Source: Eledone cirrhosa | Lineage: Eukaryota | Assembly (NCBI GenBank): GCA_964016885.1 | Contig: OZ024755.1 | Span: 22,506,001-22,570,000, forward strand | Length of the DNA stretch: 64,000 nt | Direction of reading: 5' to 3' | In this document: positions 14,032-26,987 of the stretch, in pieces | Numbering within the stretch: position 1 is the first letter of the stretch | How the letters are laid out: the number at the start of each line of letters is the position of its first letter | Notes under the pieces: generated by a model | Told to the model about the DNA's origin: nothing | Seen by the model: only the letters and a program-made list of their open reading frames with translations | Database searches by the model: none | Program-made: the position numbers and the translations under genes

Positions 14032-14543
14032 TTCAAATCCCGCCGAGGTTAACTTTGCCTTTCATCCTTACGGGGTCGATAAAATAAAGTACCAGTAATG
14101 TACTGGATAATTGCTGGCCTTGTGCCTAAAATAGAAACAATTATTGATTTGATTAGTAATTAGGGCAGTGGATTGGCTGTCAGTATAAGGTTGGATGCCA
14201 TGCTTTGAGTTCAAATCCCACTGAGGTTAACTTTGCCTTTCATCCTTACGGGGTCGATAAAATGAAGCACCAGTAATGCACTGGGGTAATTGCTGGCCTT
14301 GTGCCAAAAGTGGAAACAAGTATTGATTAGTAATTACAAATCAAAGATCATGAAATATTCCTCTCACTTCCTAGCATTTAGAGGGTCGGACGCCATGCTT
14401 TCCAGCATAGTTACGTCCCTTTACGATCTGAGTTCAAATCCCGCCGAGGTTGACTTTGCCTTTCATCCTTACGGGGGTCGATAAAATAAAGTACCAGTAA
14501 TGCACTGGGTAATTGCTGGCCTTGTGCCTAAAGTAGAAACAAT
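14032..14543 (+). mobile_element. cluster of three head-to-tail Meta-type SINEs
   Basis: Copies at ~14032-14141, 14162-14320 and 14380-14543, each ending g(t/g)agaaacaat-like. Confidence 0.85.
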
Positions 14544-14981
14544 TAACATGAAGCCATTGCTGGCTCCATCATCCACTCTATGAACCAATGTAGCTGCTTG
14601 AGCTGCTATAAATAGCTGCCAAATTTCCCTCAAATCACATCCTACCATCTTTCAAACACACACACATTGAGTAATGTAATTTGAAATACACCTACACTGT
14701 ACCTGAAAACCTGATGAGATGTTCATAACCTGGGGGTAAATAACAACAAAGGTTACCTTTATAAACAATCTTCACTCATCTATTACTTCCAGCTGGTTCC
14801 ACCACCCACTACATTATTTAGGTTACCTTTATAACAAACCTCACTCATCTATTACTTCCAGCTAACTGTCTGAGCTGACCATATTGTTCCATTGATGGTT
14901 GCTCACATTGTCAGTTGTGCCAGTACAAGTGCTAGGATTCAAACATGGAACTCCTGCAAATCAATATCAATGTGAGATTTT

Positions 14982-15019
<38 letters not shown>

Positions 15020-16719
15020 TTATAACTACTGATTATACTTTTTAAATAATAATAATAATGTCACGTTCCTTTTTTTCTAACATACTAAAACATGGTTATT
15101 TTCTCTGATATTATTAATACGAGGTTTGGAAATTTCTTCTTTTAACTAACACTCCTGTTTTGACTATGTTAACCTTTCACATTCTGTTTAACCCTTTTTA
15201 ATATAAACCTGCCTGAGACCTCCCATAACTAAATAGTTTCTATTTAAATTAAATTTCGTTATAGCATGAATGGTATCTTGAGTATTTAGTTGGTTAACAC
15301 CAGAATAATATACTAATGTATAAAGTTACAGATATTTTACTAACCCACCCCTTCCTTTTATAATTTTTGGTTATAGAAATATAATCATGAAGAGCTAATA
15401 CAATATTCTTCTTTCAGATTTTTTATTTCTCTCTCTCCTCAGTTAATTTGCCGTCCCTTTTAACTTGCTGTCTCCTTAATTAATTCTTCAATGAGGAACA
15501 AATCATTAAAAAAAAAAAACGAAAAAAAAAAAAAAAAAGAAATTATTTTTTTTTTACTTAATTTTTAATTTTGTTAATTACTGCACACTATTTCTCTACT
15601 AATTTCAGTTGTTAGTGACTTTCTGTTGCTTTAGACTGGGTCACTCTCTCTTCATTCCATTCATATTCCTCATTGAGCAACTTCTTACAAAATAAATGAG
15701 GCTATATGATGGATACATTTCTCTCTTATTCACCTTGTTAAACTTGTTTGTAATATAGAATGTTTTACACTTCTCATTGTTTTCTTAATATATGACATCA
15801 GAAATCTGTATATCTTATTGTTTTCTCATTGCTAGGAAAATCAATCAACCATATGGATATATTTCTGTCGTCCAGATATAATTCCCAGATACCTTTCTTC
15901 TGTACATTTTCAAGTCTCCCTTTTGTCTCACATTGCTTGTAACTTTTATGCTTTTTTACTACAACCACATTGCTTCAAGTCTAATTATATATTTGCTCCA
16001 GTTAGAGACTTTGTTCATGACTTGTATATATAGTAATTTGTTTCTAAAACATGTCCAGCTGTTCAATACACAGATCAATATCTCTCACCTCTCTCCACAT
16101 ATGCACCCTCTAATGCTCTGTGGAAATATAATTCAGACACTTCTCAATGGTTGGGAGATTTCTCACAGCTTGTAACCATTCTTTCCACATATACATCCAC
16201 TAATGCTGTGTGGAAACTGGGTTTTGTGGAAATACAATTCAGTTTTCAGACACCTCTCAATGGTTGGGAGATTTCTCACAGCTTATAACCTTAAGTTACT
16301 TTGATATGCTCAGTTGAAAAAGATCTTTTTTCTTCTCTCTTAGATAATGAATCAGACCAAAAATGTAAGATTCCTTTTTTCGCCATGGCATACAAACTTA
16401 TCCAATCTCATGAAGTAATAATGGATATTGAGTAGAAAAAGGTTTAACTTTGTATTCTTAAACATTTAATTGTCTTTCCTTCTGATGAGAATAAAATGGA
16501 TTACTTTTCCATCTCCTCTGACCAGTGGGTAACCAACTAGCTGACAGATTTTCTGAAGTTATTGTAACAAATAACTAGACACCTAACACAATCTTTTTAT
16601 CTTGTTCCAATAAACACTTCAACTTTATTCATTAGTACTGCTATCAAGACATGATAAAAATCATGTCAGCCATGTCCATCCTGGCCACTGCCCTAACATA
16701 ATATACCTGTTCTAAGCCA

Positions 16720-16975
16720 AAAGCTCATCAGGCTGGTGCTTATCCCTGGTTCCCTTGGTGCTAAGGGACTGAGAGTGCAGGACACTCTCTGGATAGGATG
16801 CCAGTCTATCTCATGATTAACTCCCCAGCTGGTACTCACTCTCAGCTAACTGTATTGGAGCAATGTGAAATGAAGTGTTTTGCTCAAGAACACAATGCAG
16901 CAGCCTGTCCAGGTATTGACCCCACAACGTTGTTTGTAAGTCCAACATCCTAACCATTAGGCCAGCACAGCTTCA
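16720..16975 (-). mobile_element. older CORE-type SINE
   Basis: tggagcaatgtgaaatgaagtgttttgctcaagaacacaa is the reverse of the CORE-like domain; tRNA-like head at ~16900-16975. Confidence 0.65.
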
Positions 16976-17130
16976 CCTTAATATATCTAGAACAACATTA
17001 TCCAATGTGTATCCTTCCCCCTTTTTTTTTAAAAATTGGTAGAGTATGCTTTGAGAGAGAATTTGCTGCTACTTCTAGCAGGTTGAGCAACCATATAGAG
17101 TCTTCCTCATTGTAAGCCAACTGAAGAGGA

Positions 17131-17427
17131 AAGGAGCCATTATTGGAAGGGATATTGTTATCCAGTGTAGCATGGAAACAGTATTCCATACCATGGGTTA
17201 TATAAGACTAAGGAGCCATTAATGGAAGGGATATTGTTATCCAGTGTAGCATGGAAACAGTATTCCATACCATGGGTTATATAAGACTAAGGAGCCATTA
17301 TTGGAAGGGATATTGTTATCCAGTGTAGCATGGAAACAGTATTCCATACCATGGGTTATATAAGACTAAGGAGCCATTATTGTAAGTAATATTGTTATCC
17401 AGTGAAGCATGGAAACAGTATTCCATG
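17131..17427. repeat. 79 bp tandem repeat, ~3.7 copies
   Basis: Unit aaggagccattattggaagggatattgttatccagtgtagcatggaaacagtattccataccatgggttatataagact. Confidence 0.93.
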
Positions 17428-17874
17428 CGTTGTTTTATATAAATCACTATATTTTCGGGGGTAACATGAAATTTCTAGATCGACCTGTAGTAGGACAAGT
17501 ACAGATAAAACAACAATTACATGTGAAACACAATGGCCAGGCAACAAAATAAATGCTAAACAAAAGAATATGGAAATTATTCCTAATTATATAATTCATA
17601 TCATTTATTGTATATATAATTATGTAATGTATAATTCATTGAAGTAAATAATATGTAATTCATGTATTTATAATTATATTTCATATAATTGGCAATAATA
17701 ATATATATTAATCATAATTATATAAAAAAATTCCTAATTACAATTAAAATTGCTTTAGATTCTTTAATAACGTCCATTGGCTTTTGGGGGCTTTTTGGTT
17801 TTTTTTTTGGCGTTTTGGTTTTTTTTTTTATTTCTGTTGGAAACTAAATCTACATCATGTGTTCTGAATATCTT

Positions 17875-18256
17875 ACTCTCTCTCTCTCTTTCTTTTCCTT
17901 TCTCTCTCTTTCTTTCTTTGACTCTCTCCTTTCTCTCTCTTTCTTTCTTTGACTCTCTCCTTTCTCTCTCTCTCTCTCCCCCACTCTCCTCCCTCTCTCT
18001 CTTCCCCTCTCTACCCTTTCCACTTACCCCTCGCTCCCCTATCTCCATCTTTCTCCCTCTCCCTCCACTCCTCCTGTCACTCTCCTTCTCTCTCACTCTC
18101 TCCCTCCCTATCTCTCCCCTCTTCCTTTCACTCTCCCCCTCCCTCTCTCCTGTCTTCCTTTCACTCTCTCTCCCTATCTCTCCCCTCTTCCTTTCACTCT
18201 CCTTTTCTCCCTGCCCCCTCCCACCCTCTATCTCCTGCTCTCTTCCCCTCTCTCTA
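17875..18256. repeat. CT-rich low-complexity tract
   Basis: Degenerate (CT)n; source of the spurious Leu/Ser and Arg/Glu ORFs. Confidence 0.9.
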
Positions 18257-18411
18257 TCAGTCTAATCATCTCAGAAACTTACTGTCTTTCTTTTCTTTCT
18301 ATTCAATGTTATATATTTTCCCATGAACTAAAGAGACATTTTAAAAGAATATCATCTCCTATATCAACCATTGCTATTAACTATATTATTGTCCATTATT
18401 AATCCTTAACA

Positions 18412-18601
18412 AGGCGGTGGATCGGCAGTATCGGTAGAGGGTCGGACACCATGCTTTGCAGCAAAGAGTTACAGCCCTTTATGGTCTGAGTTCAAATCCC
18501 GCCGAGGTTAACTTTGCCTTTCATCCTTACGGGGTCAATAAAATAAAGTACCAGTAATACACTGGGATAATTGCTGGCCTTGTGCCACAAGTAGAAACAA
18601 T
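18412..18601 (+). mobile_element. Meta-type SINE, full length
   Basis: Consensus match; TSD ttattaatccttaacaa. Confidence 0.9.
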
Positions 18602-19802
18602 TATTAATCCTTAACAAGCAGCAAATTCTGTAGAAAATAACTCTGTAAACTGGTTTCCACTTAATTTTACTTCTGCTTTTACCACATTCTGCAATGTATT
18701 AAGACTCACACTTGTATGGGTTGGATGGGTCCTGTCCTCAGAAGAAGCCATCAAACCCATGCAAGCATGGAAAAATGGACGTAAAAGTGATGATGATGAT
18801 GATAGTGCTGTTCTGTTTCAATGGGGATGGGGTTATTACTGGTAATTTTCCAGATTTTGTTTAGTTTACAAAGTCACAGTGTAAGCTTTATGAGCGCAGT
18901 TTTTTTTTGGGGGGGGGGTATAGGGGATGTTTATGAGTGTGTGTGTGGGGGGGGGGGGGGCTATCCCTCTAAATAAGTATATTAACAGTTTGCAACTTAG
19001 TTTCAATTTTTGCTTGTTGCTGTTTCCCTCCCCCCCCCATTTATATTGCCATTGCCCTTCAGAAAGGTATGACCATCATGCAATCTTATTTCCTTGTCGG
19101 AACTCCTAACGAAGGAAGACAGCTACTAATCTACTTATCAATTATTCAGTCTAGACTAGAGATTGGCAACTTTTATTACATAGCATGCTAAATCAGCAAA
19201 TTTTATGACATGCCATGCTTAGTTTTAATTAGCTCAATCAATGTTTCATATACTGCTACAATACTTTCTTTTGGTCTCTCTGTTTCCAGTTAAAACTATT
19301 TCTACTGTTTCAGATATTGATACACCCTGATTTAGTAACACTTAACTTCTCATCAGAATAGTTTTTATAAGATTAATTTAATATTTCAATGATAGCTTCC
19401 AACAGATTTACATTCTCTATTGAAAAGAAGTAGAAAATTTGAGCACTCAACTCTAAATAATGAAATCATTGATCAATAAGCAAGATCCCAGAACTCATTC
19501 ACTTACTAAGTGAAGTAGAGCTTGTCAGATCAGACCAAGGAAACATTCTATTTACCAATTGCAACTCTTGGTAGAAAGAGCAATATGAAGAACATAACAC
19601 ATCACCTGGCCCAGGAATCAAACTCACTTCCTTACAATTGCAAATCCAATTCTCTAACCACCAAGCCACATGCTTTCACATGAAAGGGAAAAACATAAAT
19701 ACCCATACACTACTGTTATAAATACACTACGCCTATATATATATATTTCGTTTCTGAATTTGTTTAGCAAGATTCTTTATCTGAAAACGTGTGTTGAAAT
19801 CG

Positions 19803-20123
19803 ATATTGTTATACTTTGGGAGGGTCATGTTGCCAATAAGAAACACATGCACCAGTTGCAATCAAAAACAAGATGGCATAGGACAGAACAAAGGAGAGGC
19901 ACAAAAAACAAAGAAAATAATCCACAGTCACTGAAGAGGTCACAGAATGTGTGACGAAAGAACTTTGACAATATATAAACAACCATCTGGTTGTGGAACC
20001 AACCAACCAACCAGAAATTTATAAATTCCTAAATTTATAAATTTATTATAATAAATTGAAGTGAAAGCAACTGGTGCGTGTGTTTCTTATTGGCAACATG
20101 ACCCTTCCAAAGTATAACTATAT
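19803..20123. mobile_element. fold-back element with 52 bp terminal inverted repeats enclosing a hammerhead (Penelope-like)
   Basis: 19808-19859 is the near-perfect reverse complement of 20067-20118. Confidence 0.7.
19927..19969 (+). ncRNA. minimal hammerhead ribozyme (slightly degenerate)
   Basis: GUCA-CUGAAGA-G-GUCACA(gaaug)UGUGAC-GAAA-GAAC-UU-UGAC; helix I GUCA/UGAC; one unpaired G at the base of stem II. Confidence 0.6.
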
Positions 20124-21324
20124 ATAGGTGATAGGAAGGGCATCCAACCATAGAAAGCCTGCCACCACCACCACCACCAGTAAGCCATGTTCTCTTGTCA
20201 TCATTTAACGTCTGCTTTCCCTGCTACTAAGGATTGGACAGGGTCTATATAGACCAAGTCAGTACTGAAGCAAGGGCCCTGCAACTCGCTAATGTACAAT
20301 CCCACATACTTCTGAGTGTACAGGAAAGGTTGTCCTCCCAACCCTTTGTTTGGCAAGCTTTCTACAGCTTGATGCCCTTCCTATCAACACCTACTTTACC
20401 GTCTGTACTGGGTACTTTTATCGTGTAAGTTACCAACACTAGAAAGGTTGCCGTGTCTTTGACACAACTAAAGGGTTCTCTCAACCTTTTGCTTGGCAGG
20501 CTTTCTATAGCTGGGTGCTCTTCCTATTACCAGAATGCCCATTAAATAAAATCATGGTCAAAATTTCCCTTTGTCTTATTCATGATTTATTATTAAAAAT
20601 AGAAATAAATGTTAAGATTCTTTATTTATTTATTAATATTGTGGTCCACAGCATTTTCCTTTAAAACAATATAGTTTTTGTTGCTTTCCAAAAGGCCTTT
20701 TATAGCTTCTTTATTCAGAAACATATCTTCACATGTCCCTGAAAATATCTGAAAGTGTCATGTTTACCATTTCTGACTCACAACTATTTCTTCTATGAAG
20801 CCATTGTCCTACATACTGGATCTACTCAAAGAGTTTGTTAGTTTTTGTAGTCGTATCCATCAATACTGTGTTGGGGAAGTGACCTTAGAGATTTGGACAT
20901 GTAAACATGTGAACACACACACCTTAGTCTGTGAAATGAACTTCTTGATCTTCAACCAGTTTAGTTTAGATTATGACTTTGATAGCTGTGAGACATATCC
21001 TATAATTCAAAGTTGATTCAGTTGTTACAATGAGCCTTTTCACCATATAAAATGTATCCCAAATTTGCTGTCCCCTTAAGTATAGAGCAGTGATAAACTT
21101 TTGTAGAAGTTTGTCTGCATGATAGTTTCAGGTTCTAGTTGTTATCATTTACCTCTCTTTACTTTGTTAAGGGATTCCTCCCACTCCCTAAGAAATGCTG
21201 TATGTCAATATGGCACTCCTACTACTCTCTCAGGAGTTACAGGTCCTTATCATACATTAGGGCTTTTAAGAAAGACATTAACATGACAAAATCTCATTTT
21301 ACCTACTCTATAGAATCTCATCAT

Positions 21325-21785
21325 TATATCATCATCCTCATCATTATCATTTAACATCCATTTTCCATGCTAATGTGGGTTAGACAAGTTGGCCTGACTT
21401 TGTGAGTCAAGTCAGATCAGATGACTGTGTCTTGCTCATACAGAACTGTTTCTGGCTAGCTTTCTATGGCTGGATGCCCTTCCTAGTGCCAACCACATTT
21501 AGAGTGTGGACTGGGTGCTTCTTATCATGGCATCACAACAAACATTTTACAATGTGGAGTGGGTACTTTTTATTGTGGCACCAAAACAATCATTTTACAA
21601 TGTGGAGTGGGTACTTTTTATCATGGCACCAAAATGACCATTTTATAGTGTGGAGTGGGTACTTTTTATCATGACACCAACACAACCATTTTATAGTGTG
21701 GAGTGGGTACTTTTTATCATGACACCAACACAACCATTTTATAGTGTGGAGTGGGTACTTTTTATCATGGCACCAAAACAACAAA
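21325..21785 (-). mobile_element. RTE-tailed element with ~6 diverged 48 bp internal repeats
   Basis: (cat)n tail and ggctggatgcccttcct motif; repeat ccattttatagtgtggagtgggtactttttatcatg is related to the 54.7-57.7 kb array. Confidence 0.75.
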
Positions 21786-22574
21786 CTGATAGTTTTTAAT
21801 TGAATATTTCTTTCTCCCCTCAAGAACTCTATTTGTATAACCAAATTCTGATGCTGGAAGTCTGTTATTAAATAGGATAATAGATGACACCCATTGCATG
21901 GAAATTGTGGTATAGCTGAAGATAGGGGTTTGTGAATTGTGTCTAAGGAAAATGAAAATATCTTTGCTTTACAAAATCAGGATTATCATAGTCAACGACC
22001 TTTATATTGCTTGAAACCAATTATGTGAACAGGATTTTGAATATTAGCAAGATATATTATTAGAAGTCTAAAATTCCTCCTTTCCCACTGCCCCACAAAA
22101 AAAATAAACCATTGGTATTAGAGAAGTAGAGCTCGAGCAAGTGAAAATGCATTAAAAAATAGAATATTGAGGGGAAACTTACCTTTGCTTATGAGATATA
22201 TTAATTAGCAATTAGCTCAATTTATTAAGATTTTCTAAGTCGCGTTTCTCATTCCTCGTTATTTTCAGTCATTAACATTTTGACACCAATTTAATTTAAA
22301 CATACTTGCATAATCCAACTTAGTCAAATTTCATATATGAAAATATAGATTAACCTTTTTATTTTTTTTTCTATAAGAAACTTGGCAAAAAAAAGACATA
22401 TGACAACTGGCATGCTGCAGTTTAGTTCATAATTGCACCTAGCATCTTTTCTAATGCAATCCAGACATGTGCCAATGCCAGATTTAAGCAATTGCTCTTT
22501 TGATTCTTTATCCAAATCCTATGTAGGTATAAATATGGCTAAGAAGAGTTGAAGATAACTATGAGCAATATAAA

Positions 22575-23040
22575 ATTGTTTCTACTATTGGCACAAGGCC
22601 AATAATTACCCCAGTGCATTTCTGGTACTTTATTTTATCAACCCCGTAAGGATGAAAGGCAAAGCTAACCTCAGCGGGATTTGAACTCTTTCTTAATATT
22701 AAAACTCTTTCTTAATATTGGTTTCTGATATAGGCACAAGGCCAGCAATTGTGGGGAAGAGGAAAGTCGATTAAATCGACCACTGTGTATGACTGGTATT
22801 TTATTTTATCGACCCCGTAAGGATGAAAAGCAAAGCTAACCTCAGCGGGATTTGAACTCAGAACGTGAAGGGACATAACTCTATGCTGAAAAGCATGGTG
22901 TCTGATGCTCTACCGATATTGCCAATCCACTGCCAATATATAATTGTTTCTACTTTTGGCACAAGGCCAGCAATTATTCCAGTGCATTACTGGTACTTTA
23001 TTTTATTGAGCCTGTAAGGATGAAAGGCAAAGTTGACCGC
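22575..23040 (-). mobile_element. cluster of three Meta-type SINEs
   Basis: Copies at ~22575-22688, 22718-22934 and 22942-23040. Confidence 0.85.
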
Positions 23041-23634
23041 CAATATATAATGTCAGTGTGACAGTTGAATTCATCGTCATCACCATCATGTCTGCTTTCT
23101 ATGTTGGCATGAGTTAGAGGGGCAATTACAGACCAAGTTAGTTCCTATTCAGAGTTGCTGTCCTCTTAGATAAATTAGATAAATGTCTTGCCCATTCATT
23201 TCATGTTTACTATGGTTTCTATAGTTGAATGCCCTTCCTAACACTGGCACCAACATTAGTGAACTTTCATGTCCTCTCTCTCTACCCTATATTATCCGTG
23301 TTTGATTGCCAACCACTGTACACGGCATACTGAATTTCATATATTAAATTATATTTAACCTTCTTAGACTAGCATTTAAGATTTACAGCACAAAATTAAC
23401 AAAGGGACGTGTTTCATTACTGGTATTTTCATACCTACTATGATAAAATTCAGGTTTTTACCCCATATTTACTTTAAAATGAAGTTAAATGTATAGTATA
23501 ATATAGGATAAGTCAGGTAGAACTCATAATTAAATTAGAAAGAAGAAATAAATAAACAAACAAAATTTAACAAAAACAAAATGAAATAAAACCTTAAACC
23601 TGTGTTTTAAGTTTAATATTCACACATGTATGAA

Positions 23635-24168
23635 CACACGCATACACAAATATACACACATATATACACATACACATATATATATATATAAGTATATATA
23701 TATATATATACACATATACATACATACTAACACACACATGCACGCATATATATATATAAGTATATATATAAGTATATATATATATATATATACACACATA
23801 CATGTACATACATACTAACACACACATGCATGCATACCCATATACATACATATATACACACACATATATACACATGCACACATATATATATATAAGTATA
23901 TATATATATACACACATACATATACATACATACTAACACACACATGCATGCATATATATATATAAGTATATATATAAGTATATATATATATACACACATA
24001 CATGTACATACATACTAACACACACATGCACGCATACCCATATACATACATATATACACACACATATATACACATGCACACATATATATATATAAGTATA
24101 TATATATATATACACACATACATATACATACATACTAACACACACATGCACGCATATATATATATAAG

Positions 24169-24203
<35 letters not shown>

Positions 24204-24429
24204 ATGTACATACATACTAACACACACATGCACGCATACCCATATACATATATACACACACATATATACACATGCACACATATATATATATAAGTATATA
24301 TATATACACACATACATATACATACATACTAACACACACATGCACGCATATATATATATAAGTATATATATAAGTATATATCATCATCATCAACGTTTAA
24401 CGTCCGTGTTCCATGCTTGCATGGGTTTG

Positions 24430-24461
<32 letters not shown>

Positions 24462-24610
24462 ATGTACATACATACTAACACACACATGCACGCATATATA
24501 TATATAAGTATATATATAAGTATATATATATATACACACATACATGTACATACATACTAACACACACATGCACGCATATATATAAGTATATATATAAGTA
24601 TATATATAAG

Positions 24611-24641
<31 letters not shown>

Positions 24642-24701
24642 ATGTACATACATACTAACACACACATGCACACATATATATATATATAAGTATATATATA
24701 A
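23635..24701. repeat. compound (CA/TA) microsatellite with higher-order repeats
   Basis: Recurring catacatactaacacacacatgcacgcata and (ta)n-agta blocks. Confidence 0.9.
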
Positions 24702-25110
24702 GTCATCATCATCATCATCATCACCGTTTTACGTCCGTTCTTCCACGCTAGCATGGGTTAGACGGGTTGTCCTGTTGTGGGCAGTGTCTGGTCGGCTGAC
24801 CATGCCTTGCTCATACAGGAACAGATCTGGCTTGATTTCTACAGCTGGATGCCCTTCCTAACACCAACCTCATTTACAGTGAGTGCTGGGTGCTTTTTCG
24901 TGGCGCCTACACGTCCACTTTACAGTGTGGGCTGGGTGCTTTTTTGCCGTGGCACCTCCACGACCACCTTGCGGTGGGGGGGGGGGGGCATATTGTTTAT
25001 ATGCTTCAGCATGTACCCATGGGAGGTCGGGTACCCTGTATTACTGCGTGACGCCAGAAGTCACGGTCGTGTGTCATTGACTTTGAGAGGTGTAGTTGGG
25101 TAAGGTCGGC
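24702..25110 (-). mobile_element. 5'-truncated RTE-clade LINE (ORF C-terminus plus long 3'UTR)
   Basis: Minus strand encodes DLTQLHLSKSMTHDRDFWRHAVIQGTRPPMGTC*, like an RTE C-terminus; ends in (gat)n. Confidence 0.75.
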
Positions 25111-25616
25111 TTATATATTAAGTATATATATATATACACACATACATGTACATACATACTAACACACACATGCACGCATACCCATATACATACATATATA
25201 TACACACACATACACATGCAATATCGCCTTTGGAAAGTTAATAACTGATCATATAAAGGTGGAATTCATTAAAAACAAAAACAAACATGAAGAAAGGACT
25301 GTGTCAGCCAACACTAGTCTCAACTGAAAACCATTTCTTGTCTCATTAAATTAAAATTACTGCTACCATATTAGAATTCTGATATCTTATACTTGTCTGT
25401 ATCAAATCATTCCATCGTTCCACTATCACAGCAGTCGTAAGAGTACTAATTGTTGAATGTAACGTAATATCTTATTAAAAGAATTCTTTAATAACTCAAC
25501 TGTTTCTCTAATTTATTTACAGAAAAGAAGAAAAAAAAAATCAATGTTATATCTAAAGGATTAGAAATAGCTTTTTTTTTTTTTATTCTGCCATCACCAC
25601 CATTTCTCTCCCTCTC

Positions 25617-25648
<32 letters not shown>

Positions 25649-26093
25649 TTGTGTGTACATATAAATATATATATGTGTTTGTGTGTGTATACATATAAAT
25701 ATATATATATGTGTGTGTGTGTGTGTGTACATATAAATATATATGTGTGTGTGTGTGTGTGTGTACATATAAATATATATATGTGTGTGTGTGTGTGTGT
25801 ACATATAAATATATATGTGTGTTTGTGTGTATACATATAAATATATATATGTGTATGTGTGTGTGTGTACATATAAATATATATATGTGAGTTGGTGTGT
25901 GTACATATACATATATATATGTGTGCGTGTGTGTGTGTACATATACATATATGTATATATGTGTGTGTACATATACACATATATATGTGTGTGTGTGTAA
26001 ATATACATATATATGTATGTGTGTGTACATATACACACATATATATATATATGTGTGTGTACATACACATATATTTATATATATAGATATATG

Positions 26094-26130
<37 letters not shown>

Positions 26131-26160
26131 TCTCTGTAATTATGTATGTATGTGTGTGTA
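25617..26160. repeat. compound (TG/TA) microsatellite
   Basis: Alternating (tg)n-tacatataaa-(ta)n blocks. Confidence 0.9.
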
Positions 26161-26937
26161 GACATATACACAAGTGCACACTAATATGTTTGGATACGTG
26201 GTAAGAAAATGCTCATTGAAAAAGAAAGAGAAAGCAACATATGTTGGAATATTGATATTCCTTTACGAATTCTCATTTTCTATGGAATTGGTCAGCATAC
26301 CTTTGTGATGTTATGTAAATAGATGGCAAGTAGGCTGTTATAGCTAGCCATTAAGTGGGTCATACTAAACCGATGTCTATTGTTGTGGCTAGCTGTCTTA
26401 CAAAATGTACATGTGAAACAAGCATTAGATTAAGAGAGGAAGTTACCAAGAACTAGCAATAACTATGGTGAGCCATGTTGTGGTGTGTCGTGTCATCAGC
26501 AAAGCAAAGATAGAAGAGATGGTAACAACAACAACAACAACAACAACAACAGCAACAAACAGCAACAGTAGCAGCAGCAACACCACCAGTAGCAGCAAGA
26601 TATTCTACTAACAGAATTGAGAATGACAAGTGGAGGTAGAAGGCTACAAAGGAATTAATCAATATATGTAAAATGGTCTGTGTGATAAAATGAAGTGAAA
26701 AATTATTAGTGATGTAGATTGGGTCAGGGTTATTATATAGTTGTTTGCCATGGATTTAGTATTTTCCTCTGTGAGACTAATAGAAGAAGAAAAATATATA
26801 TATATATATATATATTATATAAGAATGCGGAGAGAAAAGTCAACATGAATAAAATGTGGGAGTGTCATAGTGAAAAAGCAGAGAGAAAGACAAGTGCAGT
26901 GTGAAACTGAAAGTAGATGTTGAGAGAGAATGTGTAG

Positions 26938-26987
<50 letters not shown>

